Source: Mytilus trossulus (taxonomy: Eukaryota). Taken from it: a DNA stretch of 64,000 bases. Both the position numbers and the translations under genes were made by a program. The stretch is taken from assembly GCF_036588685.1 (NCBI RefSeq), contig NC_086379.1:83018001-83082000 (forward strand), given 5' to 3'. Shown here piece after piece: positions 60,601 through 64,000 of the stretch. Position 1 is the stretch's first letter. The number at the start of each line of letters is the position of its first letter. The notes below the pieces were generated by a model. It was not told the DNA's origin. It worked only from the letters and a program-made list of their open reading frames with translations, and searched no databases.

Positions 60601-63600
60601 GATACACTGTCTGAGTTTAAGGAATTCCACGAGAAGACGAATCAATGTAAAAAGTAGTAATTCTATTAACATCTAATTCAATGAACTCAGTGGCATTTTG
60701 CCTTATCATTATAAACCAATAATAAACTGATATAATTTATTCGCAATATGCACAAATTATTACTAATTTGTGTAAAGACTCTCATAATATTTTTATATAA
60801 ATATAAATAATAACATGGATTATAAACATAACAAAATGTAATTTCTAAAACAAAACTTTGCTATGTATTCCAGTTTTCTTTTTTCCCAATAAAACTTAAA
60901 AATGAGAATGTTTATAATAAGTTCCCAATATCGAACAGCGGTATACTACTATTGCCTTTATTTAACCATCTATGACAAACGCGTCGATATCAATTTGGAA
61001 ATTATCAATTTCCTCCGCCCTGAAAGCAATATACAAAATCACCAGTATATGGGATTTGATTTGGTTTTTGTTGTTTAACGCCACTTTTAAGAACAGCATT
61101 TAGGCTTTTTCGTGGCGACCAGTTTTTATTGATAGAGGAAGAAGTCGGAGTGCCCGGAGACAACCACCGACCTTCGATAGGAAAACCAGCATATTGGATA
61201 AACATTACCCAACTCATTCGGTATTGAAAAGCTTGCAGCTGCTATTCATAAAAGACTTTTCAAAATGAGAACCATTCTTTTGATAATGCTTAATTTTTTT
61301 TCCAGGCTCGAATAAATGTTGGATTCTATAGTGTATATTTATCAGAATGGTTTAAAGTTTTCCCCAGAGATCAGTTCTTAATTTTAAGGACAGAAGATTA
61401 TACCAAAGATATGTTCAATCACATGTCGAAACTATTTAAATTCCTTAAAGCAGGTAAGCTAACACATTGTAAAGATTAGATTGTTCGTTTTCCTGTTTAA
61501 ATGGTTTTACACTAGTCATTTTTGGGACATTTTATCATGTTTATAGCTTGCTGTTCGGTGTGAGCCAAGTTTCCGGTTGCAGGCCGTACTTTGACATAAT
61601 ATGGTTTACTTTTACAAATTGTGACTTGGATGAAGAGTTGTCTCATTGGCACCGTATCTTCTTTATATATATATATATATAAGATAACACTTTAGGAATG
61701 ACATTTTATTACATATATAATACGTTGCCTAAACTTTAAATCTGCGTCCTAGTGTTTGGAAGAGTGGTCTGAGAAAATAAATTTAGACATGCATGCCTTA
61801 TATTATATTGATCATGCTCAAAATCTATAATCGTTCCAATTTAACATTTTATGTTAGGTATGAAAAGAAAAAGATGTGGTATGATTGCTATTGTTCCTCC
61901 TGAAACCAAATGAGGTAAAAGTTTTCTACTAAAGGTCACGTGACCATACGACCTGTAACGATGAGCAAATTCATACAACAACGTAAGCTATAAAAGGTCC
62001 CGCTATGACAAATGTGAAATAAGTCAAAATACATAAATAAAGGCCTACTTTTTGTACAAAACTATAACGAAAAACAAATATGATACACAAAAAACAAAAC
62101 CCAACTACTGAATAAACAGCTTCTAACTCGAGGCAGCTACATACAGAATGTGCTTTGGCTCTAAACCCGCTTCTAAGCTCATATATTATCAACTATATTA
62201 ATCCGTATTCTATTCGTCGTTAGCAACAATTTTCAGTAAATGCTGTACTCAAAATTATAAGTGTTCATAATAACTAGAATCAATATAAATCTGCTTTGCT
62301 TTATCGAAAGTATTCTTTAAACTTATTTGCATTTTCATTATCGTATGGTTTGTCATCTTTTTTTTTTAAATGATCTTTCCAAAACTCTTGGAATTTCTCA
62401 AAATTTCTCAAGATAAGAAAAAGTGTATATAAAAAAGAAGATGTGGTATGATTGCCAATGAGACAACTATCAACAAAAGACCAAAATGACACAGACATTA
62501 ACAATTATAGGTCACCGTACGACCTTCAACAATGAGCGAAGCCCATACCGCATAGTCAGCTATAAAAGGCCCCGATAAGACAATGTAAAACAATTCAAAC
62601 GAGAAAACTAACGGCCTCATTTATGTAAAAAAAAATGAACGAAAATCAAGTATGTAACACATAAACAAACGACAACCACTGAATTACAGGCTCCTGGCTT
62701 GGGACAGGCACATACATAAATAATGTGGCGGGGTTAGACATTTTAGCGGGATCCGAACCCTCCCCCTAACCTGGGACAGTGCTATATAAACAGTACAACA
62801 TACGAACGAACTATAAAAATCAGTTGAAAAAGGCTTAACTCATCAGATGGACAAAATTACAAGTTGACGTGGCCGGGTACTTTTACATCCTGACACAAAA
62901 AGACACAATGAAAAGGTCTGAGAGTACTCGCAGTTATCTGACAGCTAGTTCAAAGCCACTAACAACTAATAAATAAAATCATGCATCTAAGACTAAAGTA
63001 TGTTCAGTATAAAAAAATAAAAAAACAGCGCCTTTCAACATTTCACAATCAACAGTAGAAATTTGAAGGTAGTGAAACATGGACACTACTACAATCATTG
63101 TGTGTCCCCGGGTAGAAAGGTGGACATGCTCTACTATTGACCAGACACCACTAAAGATCCGTTAAACGCGATTGATTTATATATATATGTGTGTCCCCGG
63201 GTATAAAAGTGGACATGCTCTACTATTAACCAGACACCACTAAAGATTCGTTAAACGCGATTGATTTATATATATATGTGTGTCCCCGGGTAGAAAGGTG
63301 GACATGCTCTACTATTGACACTACTAAAGATTCGTTAAACACGATTGATTTATTCATTTCTTATACGGAAAAATATAACACAACCGATTGTACAAACCAT
63401 GTGTGCTAATATTTGTCTTGCAAGAGTTTTTTTCTAAAAATCTATATATATATGATAGATAAAATTACAATTAGAATTATTGTCTTAAATATAATGTTTG
63501 TAGTAGTCTATAGATTTGATCTCTAATGAGTTTTATCTTTACTTCTAGGAGAATTAAATATAAAGCAAATGAATGATTTGGGAATTTTGTCAAAGAATCG

Positions 63601-63742
63601 TAAACATGTAACAAAAGTAAAACAGAAAGTTGCACCAATGTCACATGTAACCAGAAAAAAATTATTAGAATTATATACGCCATTTAATAAGGAGCTTTCA
63701 GCTATGCTAAATGATTCACGTTTTCTGTGGAAAGACATTTAA
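54118..63742 (+). CDS. CHST15: Carbohydrate sulfotransferase 15-like (GalNAc4S-6-O-sulfotransferase family), type II membrane protein; 7 coding exons, ~411 aa
   Basis: Exons 54118-54354, 54915-55122, 57483-57611, 58440-58596, 59338-59500, 61306-61453 and 63549-63742; GT-AG and in frame. N-terminal TM helix IRILIAYILVILTVCVL; family motifs LPNFKNPCW and CLPYF; 5'-PSB IGIDKSGTTDL; KETKWW; 3'-PB LRNPIDRLYSDY; GFYSVYLSEWFKVFPRDQFLILRTEDY; YTPFNKELSAML...FLW. The start could lie in an upstream exon (acceptor at 54078). The symbol denotes the family, not proven orthology. Confidence 0.92.
55421..56075. mobile_element. Non-autonomous Helentron-associated (HINE-like) element with ~160-bp internal repeats
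   Basis: (GGCG)n microsatellite at 55441-55475, three to four related aggtcaagttcaataat...gattttgacttt units, ending gcctcttgtt. Confidence 0.65.
56185..56960 (+). mobile_element. Decayed Penelope-like RT/3' fragment
   Basis: Remnants FRYID, KRDDFSFPIVNFPFLCSNIPSAHAYGVYI and SSLRKFHG. Confidence 0.7.
57624..57675. repeat. (GA)26 microsatellite
   Basis: Perfect dinucleotide run 12 nt inside the intron after the exon ending at 57611. Confidence 0.98.
60395..60438 (+). ncRNA. Minimal type I hammerhead ribozyme, family A, intact core with one stem I mismatch
   Basis: gcgtca CTGATGA gtct-tatgt-agac GAAA cgcgcg TC tagcgt, within a repeat at ~60255-60475. Confidence 0.75.
62430..63000. repeat. 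High-copy dispersed repeat, long copy
   Basis: Homologous to 4365-4530 and to 48880-49190 (reverse). Confidence 0.8.
63099..63353. repeat. Tandem repeat, about 3 x 89 bp
   Basis: Units start at 63099, 63188 and 63277 (tgtgtgtccccgggta...gattgatttat). Confidence 0.95.
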
Positions 63743-64000
63743 CAGAAAAAAACCTTGAAAAATAATTATTTATAATGGACACCAAAGATCTCGTTAATTT
63801 CATAGACATATGGCAACAGTTATGAAATGCAACGCAGCTGAGTTATGGGAAATAATTCAAGGTTGTTTATGATGTGGAGTTAAGGGGAAACCGATGGAAT
63901 TGTGTTTTTGTTTGATCTATACTGAGATTGTTGCTTTTTCTGTAGAAAGGTATGGTTACTGTATTTAATGTATTGAATGTCATTGTATTTGTCGGTTATG

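Noticed and set aside
61055-61195. tRNA gene or tRNA-derived SINE head
   Set aside because: It looks like a SINE body fragment, but no cloverleaf or A/B boxes can be shown.

Overview
AT-rich, intron-containing, repeat-dense animal genomic DNA with one assembly gap (1624-1759). The repeat types and gene families suggest a bivalve, probably a Mytilus-type mussel; this is inference. I assembled four multi-exon genes by hand, all with GT-AG junctions and continuous frames, and all glycan-related. (1) A + strand GH18 chitinase (5206-14631, ~725 aa) with signal peptide, catalytic domain, Ser/Thr mucin stalk, transmembrane helix and a short tail ending TQL; its last exon is absent from the ORF track. 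(2) A convergent - strand GH18 paralog (30178-23551, ~404 aa) with the same intron positions, catalytic domain only, and a Tyr-to-Phe change in the MxYD motif. (3) A secreted C-type lectin (35442-40060, ~187 aa) with EPG/WHD motifs. (4) A CHST15-like sulfotransferase (54118-63742, ~411 aa). Between the chitinases lies an intron-containing Crypton-like tyrosine-recombinase transposon, bounded by 9-bp direct repeats, carrying a long terminal hairpin and split by a nested LINE. The most notable non-coding signal is two related families of ~350-nt repeats carrying minimal type I hammerhead ribozymes (retrozyme/Penelope-linked). Four copies have intact cores, including one on the sense strand just 3' of the lectin gene. 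The window also holds Penelope RT remnants, MITEs, Helentron-like elements, minisatellites and a locally templated insertion flanked by a 28-bp duplication.
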